Source of the DNA: Dehalococcoidia bacterium
GTDB lineage: Bacteria; Chloroflexota; Dehalococcoidia; Bin125
Length of the DNA: 64,000 nt
Reading direction: 5' to 3'
Assembly: GCA_022825265.1 (NCBI GenBank)
Contig: JAJDXE010000004.1
Span: 270,341 to 334,340 of the forward strand
Shown here: positions 17,967 to 26,813 of the stretch, in pieces
How positions within the stretch are numbered: the first letter of the stretch is position 1
Layout: each line of letters opens with the position of its first letter
Position numbers and translations under genes: made by a program
Notes under the pieces: model-generated
Seen by the model: the letters and a program-made list of their open reading frames with translations, nothing else
What the model was told of the DNA's origin: nothing
Database searches by the model: none

Positions 17967-18437
17967 ATGGCTCTTGAGGGACCCGCCCTGCCCGCATTCG
18001 AAACCGCCTGCGATTCGATCGAACGCATCCTCGCCGCCGCTGACGGACTCTCCTCCGAGCAGCTCGACACCGCCCCTTGGGACGATGCCTCCACGATGTT
18101 CGTCCTCGCCACGCACGCCATCTCCGCGACCGAGTGGAACTTCGTCGAAGTGCTGGCCGGTGCGCAGCTCGATCGCAGCCGCCAGGCCGAGTTCGACTCG
18201 CGCGCCGCGTCCTTCGACGACCCCGAGCGTGTGCTCGTCGACGCCTGGGCCGGCGCGAAGGCCGCTATCGAATCGGCGCTCGCCGGACTCTCGGCCGACG
18301 CCTGGGACGGCCCGCACTACCACATGTTCATGGACAGAAATCTCAGTGGACACGAGCTCGTCGTCCGCGCGCTCTCGCACACCGCCGAACACGTCGGCCA
18401 CGCCGAGATGACCCGTCAGTGGTTGGACGCGCAATGA
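17967..18437 (+). CDS. DinB-family (DinB_2) protein.
   Basis: 156 aa with a C-terminal His cluster (HTAEHVGHAEM). Confidence 0.6.
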   Translation: MALEGPALPAFETACDSIERILAAADGLSSEQLDTAPWDDASTMFVLATHAISATEWNFVEVLAGAQLDRSRQAEFDSRAASFDDPERVLVDAWAGAKAAIESALAGLSADAWDGPHYHMFMDRNLSGHELVVRALSHTAEHVGHAEMTRQWLDAQ

Positions 18438-18792
18438 ACCGGTCGGCGTCTCCCTCCGCGGGCGAACGGAATCGAACAACCCCGAACGCTCGCGGACCTG
18501 GGGCCCGCCGAAAAAACCTGAAAAAACCTGAAAGTCCCAAATGCGCGATCCCCAGCAAAACACTGGAGATCGTGTCCGTTTTTCGCGGAATTCGGTCCAG
18601 AAAAAAAGTTCACCGAAAACCTGAAAGTCGCCGATGGTCGAACGCTCGGAGCGAAACCAATCCGGTCCCCGACTTGATCGGGGACCCGCTCGGCCCTCCG
18701 CCCAACGTCGGAACGCCTAGCGCTTATCCTGTCCGCGTTGCGCCGTGCAGCGCATCGAAGCCGAACACCACACACCGCACGAGGAGTGAACC

Positions 18793-19719
18793 ATGCCCCC
18801 AACCCCAGAGACCCAGGGACTGCTCGCCATGCTCGAGGAAGCCGGCGGCCCCGATATCTCCGAACAGACTCCCGAGGAAGCCCGCGCGGCGATCGCCAAC
18901 TTCGCGGCGATGCAGGCCGGCGCTCCCGAGCCCGCTCGTGTCGAAGACCGCACGGTGCCCGGTCCCGGCGGCGATATTCCCGTTCGCGTCTACGCCTCAG
19001 AGGGCGACAACCTGCCCGTCGTGATGTACTTCCACGGAGGCGGCTGGGTGCTGGGCGACATCGACTCGCACGACGGCACCTGCAAGCAACTGCTGGCTGA
19101 GCTGGGAGACGCTGCCGTCGTCTCCGTTCACTACCGGCTCGCGCCCGAGGCGAAGTACCCGGCAGCCGCCGACGACTGCTACGCCGCCGCTGCCTGGGTC
19201 GCCGAGAACGGCGCCGAGATCGGCGTCGACGGTTCACGCATGGCGGTCGCCGGAGACTCCGCCGGGGGCAATCTGTCGGCCGTCGTCTCGCAGATGGCGC
19301 GCGACAAGGGCGGCCCGGCGATTGCCGCTCAGGTCCTCCACGTCCCGGTCACCGACCACAACTACAGCTATCCCTCCTACACCGAGAACGCCGAGGGCAT
19401 GCTGCTCACGCGCGCCTCGATGGTCTGGTTCTGGGACCACTACCTGCCCAATGCCGACGCAGGCCAGGAAGCGTATGCGTCGCCGATCAAGGCCGCCGAC
19501 CTCTCCGGTCTCGCGCCGGCGCTGATCCAGACCGCCGAGTACGACCCGCTGCGCGACGAGGGCGAAGCCTACGGAGCCGCGATCGAGGCGGCCGGCGGCG
19601 ACGTCACGGTGCATCGCTACGACGGCGTCGTGCACGACCCGTTCATGATGTTCGCCGTGATCCCCACCGGCGTCGAATGCCTCAAGGAGGCCGCCGCCTT
19701 CATCAACGAGCGGATCTAG
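18793..19719 (+). CDS. HSL-family esterase.
   Basis: Contains HGGGW and GDSAGG, with a GGAG upstream of the ATG. Confidence 0.85.
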   Translation: MPPTPETQGLLAMLEEAGGPDISEQTPEEARAAIANFAAMQAGAPEPARVEDRTVPGPGGDIPVRVYASEGDNLPVVMYFHGGGWVLGDIDSHDGTCKQLLAELGDAAVVSVHYRLAPEAKYPAAADDCYAAAAWVAENGAEIGVDGSRMAVAGDSAGGNLSAVVSQMARDKGGPAIAAQVLHVPVTDHNYSYPSYTENAEGMLLTRASMVWFWDHYLPNADAGQEAYASPIKAADLSGLAPALIQTAEYDPLRDEGEAYGAAIEAAGGDVTVHRYDGVVHDPFMMFAVIPTGVECLKEAAAFINERI

Positions 19720-19729
19720 CGCGATCCTC

Positions 19730-19784
19730 GCTTCCCCCCTCTGGGGGGGAAGCTGTCCCGTAGGGACTGAAGGGGGGTCCCCGC
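19730..19784. repeat. CCCCCTCTGGGGG-family palindromic element, locus D, between the two esterase paralogues.
   Basis: Sequence gcttCCCCCCTCTGGGGGGGaagc, then gtcccgtagggac, then gaaggggggtcccc. Confidence 0.7.
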
Positions 19785-19817
19785 CGCGAACAGGGATCAG
19801 CCTGAAAGGAACCACTT

Positions 19818-20750
19818 ATGCCCGTCACCCCGGAAACCCAGGCCATCCTCGACATGCGGGCCGGCGCCACGCCGTTCAACGAACTCTCGGTGCAAGAGGC
19901 CCGCGAGGCGATGGCCGCTCTGCGACCGCAGGGCGAACCCGAGCCCGTCGCCCAGGTCCACGAGATGGTCATTCCCGGCACCGCCGGCGACATTCGGGCG
20001 CGCGGCTATCTGCCGACCGACGACCCGCGCGAACTCCCGACCATCGTCTACTTCCACGGCGGCGGTTGGGTGATCGGCGACCTCGACTCGCACGACGCAG
20101 TCTGCCGCGCTCTCTGCAACCGGGCCGGGATCAGCGTTTGCTCTGTCGACTATCGGCTTGCACCCGAGGCCACATATCCCGCCGCGGCAGAGGATGCGTA
20201 CGCTGCCGTCGCCTGGATGAACGGCATGTACGAACAGCAGGGCGGTCGGGCCGATCGGATCGCTGTGGCCGGAGACTCAGCCGGCGGGAATCTGGCCGCA
20301 GTCGTCTCGCAGATGGCCCGCGATCGGGGCGGGCCACGGATTGACGCGCAGGTGCTGATCTATCCGGTTACCGATTTCAACTTCGAGACGGAGTCGTACA
20401 AGGTCAACGGCCGCGGCGAGTACGGACTCTCCGAAGCCGGCATGCGCTGGTTCTGGGACCTCTACCTGAACGACGACTCGGAGGGCTCCCAGCCCTACGC
20501 CTCGCCGCTGCAGGCCGAGGATCTCTCGAACCTGCCGAGGTCTCTGACCATCACGGCCGAGTACGATTCGCTCCGCGACGAGGGCGAGGCCTACGCACAT
20601 GCGCTCGCCGCAGCGGGCGTCCAGTCCAGTTGCACCCGCTACGACGGCGTGATCCACGGTTTCGTCAGCGCGTTCGCAGCCGTCCCCGAGGGCAACCAGG
20701 CTCTCGACCAGATCGCCGCCGAACTCCGCGCCGCCTTCGACATGGACTGA
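19818..20750 (+). CDS. HSL-family esterase, tandem paralogue.
   Basis: Contains HGGGW and GDSAGGNLAAVVSQMARD, identical to the blocks in the upstream paralogue. Confidence 0.85.
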   Translation: MPVTPETQAILDMRAGATPFNELSVQEAREAMAALRPQGEPEPVAQVHEMVIPGTAGDIRARGYLPTDDPRELPTIVYFHGGGWVIGDLDSHDAVCRALCNRAGISVCSVDYRLAPEATYPAAAEDAYAAVAWMNGMYEQQGGRADRIAVAGDSAGGNLAAVVSQMARDRGGPRIDAQVLIYPVTDFNFETESYKVNGRGEYGLSEAGMRWFWDLYLNDDSEGSQPYASPLQAEDLSNLPRSLTITAEYDSLRDEGEAYAHALAAAGVQSSCTRYDGVIHGFVSAFAAVPEGNQALDQIAAELRAAFDMD

Positions 20751-20759
20751 GGCGCTCCC

Positions 20760-21134
20760 TTAACCGGGCATCTGCTTCTGGAACGAGGCCATGTCGAAGT
20801 AGTCGCGCCAACGCGCAATCTTGCCGTCGCGGATCTCGAAGACACCCATGACCTGTACCGACACCTCGGTGCCGCCCATGTCGAAGCGGTCCACTCGCTC
20901 GTTCAGCACCACGTCGCCGTTGGCCGCCGAGTGCAGTATCTCCCAGCCCTTCGACGTCATCTGGGTGACGCCGGCCAGCGCCGCCCTGACCGCCTCGATG
21001 CCCTCGGCCGGAGCCATCGGCATGTTGTGGTAGACCGCGTCGTCGGTGAAGTAGGACGCGAGTTGGTCCGCGTCGGGGTGTTCGACGTCAAACTCGGCCA
21101 TGAATGCGTTGACAATTGCTTCCGCGTCGGACAT
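20760..21134 (-). CDS. SnoaL-like / limonene-1,2-epoxide-hydrolase-family (NTF2 fold) protein.
   Basis: 124 aa with the pattern typical of LEH/SnoaL polyketide-cyclase-like proteins. Confidence 0.6.
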   Translation of the reverse strand: MSDAEAIVNAFMAEFDVEHPDADQLASYFTDDAVYHNMPMAPAEGIEAVRAALAGVTQMTSKGWEILHSAANGDVVLNERVDRFDMGGTEVSVQVMGVFEIRDGKIARWRDYFDMASFQKQMPG

Positions 21135-21178
21135 GGGTGGTTCCTTTCAATCGGATCTCGGGTGCGAGCCTTGAGGCA

Positions 21179-22237
21179 CTAGACGCCTGAGGACTCCTTC
21201 GCCAGGTCGGCCATCAGCTCCATCGCCTCCGGCTGGTTCGTCCTGACGGTTAGGCCGGTGATGTAACTGTCGGCCCAGGCCTGGTAGCGCTCCTTGATCC
21301 GCGCCGGCGGACCGAGCAGCGCCTGCTCGTCGAGGAAGTCCTCCGGGACCTCCTCGATCGCTTCTGCCTTGCGGCCTTCCAGGTACAGCTCCTGGATCCG
21401 CTCGGCAGCGTCGCCGTAGCCGCGGCGAATCATCGACATCTTGTGGAAGTTCAGCGTCTTGTGGCCCATCCCGCCCACATAGAGTGCAACGTTCGGCTTC
21501 ATCTTGCGGAAGGCGTCGCGCAGGTCGTCGGTGATCTCCACCTCGGCCGACGACTGCACCTCGAAGTCCGGCCACCACTTGGCGGCCCCGGTCTTGGCCT
21601 CCGAGCGCTTGAAGCCCTCTTCGACCCATGGCGTGAACAGGTCGGCGTTGTAGGGCGTCAGGCCCAGCGGCAGCCAGCCGTCGGCGACCTCGCCGGTCAT
21701 GCGCACGTTCATCTCGGTGCCGGTCCCCAACCAGATCGGAATGTTGGGATTCATGTGCAGGATCGACCGCAACGGCTTCGCCAGCCCCGCGCTGCCGGGA
21801 CCAACGTAGGGCAACGCAATCTCCTTGCCGTCATGCGTGACCGGCTCTTCGCGAGCGAGAATCTTGCGGATGATCGCCACATAGTCGCGAATCCGCGTGT
21901 TCGGCTTGCCCCACGGCTCGCCGTACCAACCCTCGACGATCTGCGGACCGGAGACGCCGATACCCAGGATCACGCGGTCGCCGCCGGCTAGCGCATCAAT
22001 CGTCGCCGCCGTCATCGCCGCGTTCGCCGGTGATCGAGCGGCAAGCTGGATCACGCCCGTGCCCAGGCGAATCTTGTCAGTCACCGCGGCCAGGTAGGCC
22101 AGCGGCGAGAACGCATCCGAGCCATACGCCTCAGCCGTCCAGACCGAGTCGTAGCCCAACTCCTCCGCCCTGCGAACCAGGTCGACCGGCAAGGCCATGT
22201 TCGCGCCCGAGTAACCAAGCGCCAGTCCGAGTTTCAT
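21179..22237 (-). CDS. LLM-class F420-dependent oxidoreductase.
   Basis: 352 aa of the luciferase-like family (MKLGLALGYSG...). Confidence 0.8.
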   Translation of the reverse strand: MKLGLALGYSGANMALPVDLVRRAEELGYDSVWTAEAYGSDAFSPLAYLAAVTDKIRLGTGVIQLAARSPANAAMTAATIDALAGGDRVILGIGVSGPQIVEGWYGEPWGKPNTRIRDYVAIIRKILAREEPVTHDGKEIALPYVGPGSAGLAKPLRSILHMNPNIPIWLGTGTEMNVRMTGEVADGWLPLGLTPYNADLFTPWVEEGFKRSEAKTGAAKWWPDFEVQSSAEVEITDDLRDAFRKMKPNVALYVGGMGHKTLNFHKMSMIRRGYGDAAERIQELYLEGRKAEAIEEVPEDFLDEQALLGPPARIKERYQAWADSYITGLTVRTNQPEAMELMADLAKESSGV

Positions 22238-22260
22238 GTTCTGTTCCTCTCCGCCGCGAC

Positions 22261-22890
22261 TCAGCGCAGCGTAATCTGGCCGTTCGGACCCTCAAGCACT
22301 GCAACCAGCGCTGGCTCAGGAGCCTCGCGCAGCTCAAGCTCAACACCGAGCGCCTCATGCGCCCGGCGAACTTCAGCAACGTCCGGATGTTCGCCGTGCC
22401 ACGAGACCAGGCTCATGCCTTTGACCGCCGTCGTCGAGGGATGACGCGCGTCGCCCCAGTTGATCACGAAGGGCATCAGCCCGCCCAGCAGCGGCGGCCA
22501 TCCGGCCACCGACAGGTGCCAATCCAACCTGGTGCCATCGGCGAGTACCCGGCCCAGCGGGCGCACTTCGCCGATATCGAAGCCGGCCTCCCTGGCCGCG
22601 GCGACACGTTCTTCAATCTCAGCGCCGGCTTTGCAGCACCAGTGAGGCACATGCGCACCCTTGTCGCCAAATTCGTGCATCCCGAACGGCAACGGCCCCT
22701 CGTGATCTGCCTGGTTCGGGTCTGGGCCAATGATCTCCAGGTAGGCGTCGTCCTGCAGTGCGATCAGGTGGTTGTAGACCCCCCGGCCCTGGAAGTGTCC
22801 GCCCAGTTCGGCGCGAATGCCGGTTGCAGCGGCGATCCGTTCAACCGTCGCCTGTACGTCGGGTGTGGCCAGCACGATGTGATCCAGCAT
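22261..22890 (-). CDS. VOC-family (glyoxalase/bleomycin-resistance fold) protein.
   Basis: Begins MLDHIVLATPDVQATVERI..., a VOC family signature. The internal Met at 22890 was chosen as start; the ORF-track extension is rejected. Confidence 0.65.
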   Translation of the reverse strand: MLDHIVLATPDVQATVERIAAATGIRAELGGHFQGRGVYNHLIALQDDAYLEIIGPDPNQADHEGPLPFGMHEFGDKGAHVPHWCCKAGAEIEERVAAAREAGFDIGEVRPLGRVLADGTRLDWHLSVAGWPPLLGGLMPFVINWGDARHPSTTAVKGMSLVSWHGEHPDVAEVRRAHEALGVELELREAPEPALVAVLEGPNGQITLR

Positions 22891-22901
22891 CTTGCGCCTC
22901 C

Positions 22902-24083
22902 TCAGTCTGCGTGGGTTGCTTCGAAATCGGCGAGCGCACGGTCTCGCAGGTCCGGATCGGTCAGCCAATCCAGCGCCGCGTGCGCCATCGCCTTGGTCGC
23001 CGTCAGCGTGAGTTGGTGTCCATCATCCGATGCTGCGGCAGCGGTGAACTGCGGCGTGTGATTCCCGCTCTCGTGCGGGATGAAGTACATCGGGTGGATC
23101 GAGGGCACGACGTGCGAGACATTGCCCATGTCGGTCGAGCCGAAACTGCCCTGGATGCCGCCGTCAAGGTCTGCTGCCCGGATACCCAGGTCCAACCAGC
23201 GATGACCATACGCCTCGGCCAATGGGCCGTTGTTGGCCATGTTGCTGTAACGCTCGCCGGCCTGCCAGTCGACCGACCACTCGCAGTTGGCCGCCTGCGC
23301 CGCACCGGCAAAGCAGTCCTCGACCCGCTTGATCATCTCGTTCAGACGCGACTCATACGGAGCGCGGACGTAGAACTCGGCCTGCGCGTAGTCGGGAATG
23401 ATGTTGGGCTTCTCGCCGCCGTGATGAATCTTGCCGTGAATCCGCACTGTCGGGTGCGACTGCTGACGCAACAGTCCGATCGCCTGATAGGCCAGCACCA
23501 GCGCATCGAGAGCATTGCGACCCTCCCAGGGTGCGCCGGCCGCGTGAGCGTTCTTGCCTCGGAACTCGACGAAGCAGGTGTCAATTGCCAGCACGAAGGG
23601 ATAGATGATGTCGCCGGTGCCGGGATGAATCATCATCGCCGCGCCGACATCCTCAAACGCGCCCTCGTCGATCAGGCGAATCTTGCCCCCGCCACCCTCT
23701 TCCGCCGGCGAGCCGAGCACACGAACCGTCCCCTCAACCCCCTCACGTTCCAGCGCCTCAGCAACGGCGAGTCCGGCGGCGACGCCGGAGATGGCGATCA
23801 AGTTGTGCCCGCAGGCGTGTCCAATCCCTGGCAACGCGTCGTACTCGCTGAGCACCGCAATTGTCGGGCCGCCTGAGCCGCGCGTTGCCTCAAAGGCGGT
23901 TTCCATCCCATACGCCGATGGAGTCACCTCGAAGCCCGAATCAGTCAGGAACTGAGTCAACGCCGCGTGGGCATGGACCTCCTGATAGTTCTCCTCGGGA
24001 TGGGAGTGGATGTCCAGGCTCAGAGCGCGCAGCGACTCGGATGCCGCATCAATCGTCTGCGAAGCGATGTCCCAGAGTGACAT
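22902..24083 (-). CDS. M20-family amidohydrolase/peptidase (M20D-like).
   Basis: Contains HACGHN...E...H motifs typical of the M20 aminoacylase / hippurate-hydrolase family. Confidence 0.8.
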   Translation of the reverse strand: MSLWDIASQTIDAASESLRALSLDIHSHPEENYQEVHAHAALTQFLTDSGFEVTPSAYGMETAFEATRGSGGPTIAVLSEYDALPGIGHACGHNLIAISGVAAGLAVAEALEREGVEGTVRVLGSPAEEGGGGKIRLIDEGAFEDVGAAMMIHPGTGDIIYPFVLAIDTCFVEFRGKNAHAAGAPWEGRNALDALVLAYQAIGLLRQQSHPTVRIHGKIHHGGEKPNIIPDYAQAEFYVRAPYESRLNEMIKRVEDCFAGAAQAANCEWSVDWQAGERYSNMANNGPLAEAYGHRWLDLGIRAADLDGGIQGSFGSTDMGNVSHVVPSIHPMYFIPHESGNHTPQFTAAAASDDGHQLTLTATKAMAHAALDWLTDPDLRDRALADFEATHAD

Positions 24084-24147
24084 GAGAGCCTCCTGGTGAT
24101 TCCGGTCCCGTTGTCGGCCGCGGATGCGCTCGGCTCGTGGGAGTCAT

Positions 24148-24954
24148 CTACTCGGTGAACCAGCCGCCGTCCGGGTGAATGATCTCGCCCGTCACATACG
24201 ACGCTTCGTCCGATGCCAGGAAGCAGGCCACCTTGGCGATCTCTTCCGGCTGACCAAAACGCCGCATCGGGGTCATGCTGAGCACCCACTGGTTGAGTTC
24301 TTCATGTCCCGAAATCGCGGCCGTCATGGGCGTCTCGATGAAACCGGGACCAATCGCGTTGACGCGAATACCGTCCTGGACCAGTTCCTGCGCCAGCACC
24401 TTGGTCAGCATCCAGACCCCGGCCTTGGAGACGCAGTAGTTCGCTGCGCCAGGCTGCGGGAACTTGGCCATGATCGAGGCAATGTTGATGATTGATCCCC
24501 CGTTGCCCAGCTCAATCATCTTGCGGGCACAGGAGCGGTCGGTCATCATCACCCCGGTCAGGTTGACCGACATGACTTTCTCCCAGTGCTCAACGTTCTG
24601 ATTGGTGATGAAGGACGCAGTCCGGTCGTCGCCCAGGTCCGTGGTCTCACCTGAGACATACTCGGCATTAGAGATGCCCGCCGCCGCGACGACCACATCG
24701 AGCCGTCCGAACTCGTCGACACACGCCTGAGCAGCAGCGTCATTGGCTGCCTCGGTCGACGTGTCGCACTCCACGACCACTGCGCGTCGGCCGAGCGCCT
24801 CAACCGCCGCCACTGTGTCTGCTGCGCGCTCCGGGAGTAGATCGGCCAACAGCACGTCGGCCCCCTCCTGTGCAAAACGGATCGCGCAGGCCGCGCCGAT
24901 GCCGCTCGCCCCACCTGTGATGAGCGCCGCCTGACCCTCAAGTGCTCCAGCCAT
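24148..24954 (-). CDS. SDR-family oxidoreductase.
   Basis: Has a TGGASGIG motif and an NYCVSKAG (YxxxK) region. Confidence 0.85.
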   Translation of the reverse strand: MAGALEGQAALITGGASGIGAACAIRFAQEGADVLLADLLPERAADTVAAVEALGRRAVVVECDTSTEAANDAAAQACVDEFGRLDVVVAAAGISNAEYVSGETTDLGDDRTASFITNQNVEHWEKVMSVNLTGVMMTDRSCARKMIELGNGGSIINIASIMAKFPQPGAANYCVSKAGVWMLTKVLAQELVQDGIRVNAIGPGFIETPMTAAISGHEELNQWVLSMTPMRRFGQPEEIAKVACFLASDEASYVTGEIIHPDGGWFTE

Positions 24955-25172
24955 ATCATCAGCCTCTCAATCCTGCCGCGTCGCCTCTCGGCGACTGGAT
25001 GTCCTCATTCCGCCGACGGCAGGATAAGCGCTCTTGGGAGCGCCGGTGCAGTTTGTGAGCGGTCAATCAAAAGTTCGACGAGCGCAGGCAACGGCGAGCG
25101 TCGCCTCCCTCGCGGGTTGTCTGTACGATACGCGTGCGGTCCTTTTACTAGACGTAACGAAGGAAAACGCCA

Positions 25173-26705
25173 ATGCGAAATCTGATGTTGGTCCTGCTCG
25201 GAGTGGTGATCGGCGTCGCGACTCTCGGCGCCGTCTGGGCAAACGTTGCCAACACGCCAGATGATCCCGATGGCGCCGTCGACGTACGCATCGTCCTTGA
25301 GCGTCTCGAAGACGGTCGTGTCGAGGCAGGCCTGCAGCAGCGCGAGACTGACGGTGGCTGGGGCGAGGTCTTGAAACCCGACTATCGATTCCTGGCGCCC
25401 GATGCCGAGGTGAACACGCCGCTGCACAGCTCCGTCATCGTCGTCGATACCGACAGCCGTTACGAGACCGTCGCGAACAACTACGCCGCCTACTTGTTCC
25501 AGTCGGGCCAGGAGTCAGGCATCAGGTTCCACGAACGCTTTGGTCGCGACGAAGATTTGCCCAAGATGCTCTGCATCAACGACCTCAACGACCCTGGCTT
25601 CGACCAGTACTGCGACGGAATTGAGACGGCCTACAACGGGCCGGTCGAACGTATGGAAGTCACCGACTACGAGGACTTCCGCCTCGAGCTTGAAACGCGC
25701 CTGCTCGAAGATCGCGAAGTCCGCGCCCTATTCGCGACCAGCCTGCCAACCGGAGCCATCGTTGACGAGGTTCGCGAAGCGACTGGACGATTTGTTCGCT
25801 GGAGCTACTGGATCGAACTCATTGATCCGCTCCTGCCTTCGCCCGACAACCTCCACTGCGTGATCAGTCACGGTAGCGACGAAGACCTCTTCTGGGGTCT
25901 GTCGGCTGAGACGTCGGTTGCGGCCGCAGGCATGCTCGGCATCAACGTACGCAGCGAGGTCTACCTGACCGGCGCCGAGCAGGCTGCCGCTGTTCGACGC
26001 TGCGCCGCCGATGGCGCCGTCGCCATCGCAACCACGCTCTCGGAGCCGGAGGTCCTGAAGCCGGCCGTCAAGGAGGCGATTGAGGCGGGTGTTCCGGTCA
26101 TCTCATTCAATTCGGGGGCGGAACAGGCTGCCGGAGTCGGCACCGCTTTGCATATTTCCCTCGATGACTACGAGGCCGGCCGAGTCGCCGGCAACGAGTT
26201 CAACGATCGCGGCATTGAGGGACATGTGCTCTGTGTAATCCACGAGCCTGAGAATCTAGGACTGCACGACCGCTGCGACGGACTCGAGGAATCATTCGTC
26301 GGTACTGTTGAGCGTTGGAGCATGACCGACCGCGAAACTACGGTTGAAGAGCTCTCGGCGCGGTTGCGCCAGGGCGATGTCAGCGCGGTGCTCGGCCTGT
26401 CGTCATCGATCGGCACCCAGGTCCGGAGCGCCATTTTCTTGACCCGTCGCGATGTCCAGGCAGCCACCTTTGGCTTCAGCCGCACGATCGCCGAGTACGT
26501 CTCGGATGGGCGATTGATGTTCGCGATCTTCGACCACCCGGAGATTCAGTCCTATCTCGCGGCGGTCGGGACGCTCCTGGCCGAACGCCTACGAATCGAT
26601 CCCATCGCCTACTTCAACAGCATGCAGATGCTGATTGTCCCCACCATCGTCAACGCTGAGGAAATGCAGCGCTTGCTCGACTCGCTCACGGCCTGGCAGG
26701 AGTAG
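25173..26705 (+). CDS. Membrane-anchored protein with N-terminal GLQxR motif and a periplasmic-binding-protein type I-like domain.
   Basis: N-terminal TM helix (MRNLMLVLLGVVIGVATLGAVWANV). C-terminal part resembles PBP-I sugar-binding folds (AIATTLSEPEVLKPAVKEAIEAGVPVISFNSG). Confidence 0.6.
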   Translation: MRNLMLVLLGVVIGVATLGAVWANVANTPDDPDGAVDVRIVLERLEDGRVEAGLQQRETDGGWGEVLKPDYRFLAPDAEVNTPLHSSVIVVDTDSRYETVANNYAAYLFQSGQESGIRFHERFGRDEDLPKMLCINDLNDPGFDQYCDGIETAYNGPVERMEVTDYEDFRLELETRLLEDREVRALFATSLPTGAIVDEVREATGRFVRWSYWIELIDPLLPSPDNLHCVISHGSDEDLFWGLSAETSVAAAGMLGINVRSEVYLTGAEQAAAVRRCAADGAVAIATTLSEPEVLKPAVKEAIEAGVPVISFNSGAEQAAGVGTALHISLDDYEAGRVAGNEFNDRGIEGHVLCVIHEPENLGLHDRCDGLEESFVGTVERWSMTDRETTVEELSARLRQGDVSAVLGLSSSIGTQVRSAIFLTRRDVQAATFGFSRTIAEYVSDGRLMFAIFDHPEIQSYLAAVGTLLAERLRIDPIAYFNSMQMLIVPTIVNAEEMQRLLDSLTAWQE

Positions 26706-26813
26706 CCGTGCCCCAACAGGCGGCCTGCGCACCTCCAGACGACCAGGGTCATTTGACCTATAGCTCTCACCAGTCACGCACGACGGTCTCGTGAATAGAA
26801 GAGGGATAGACAG

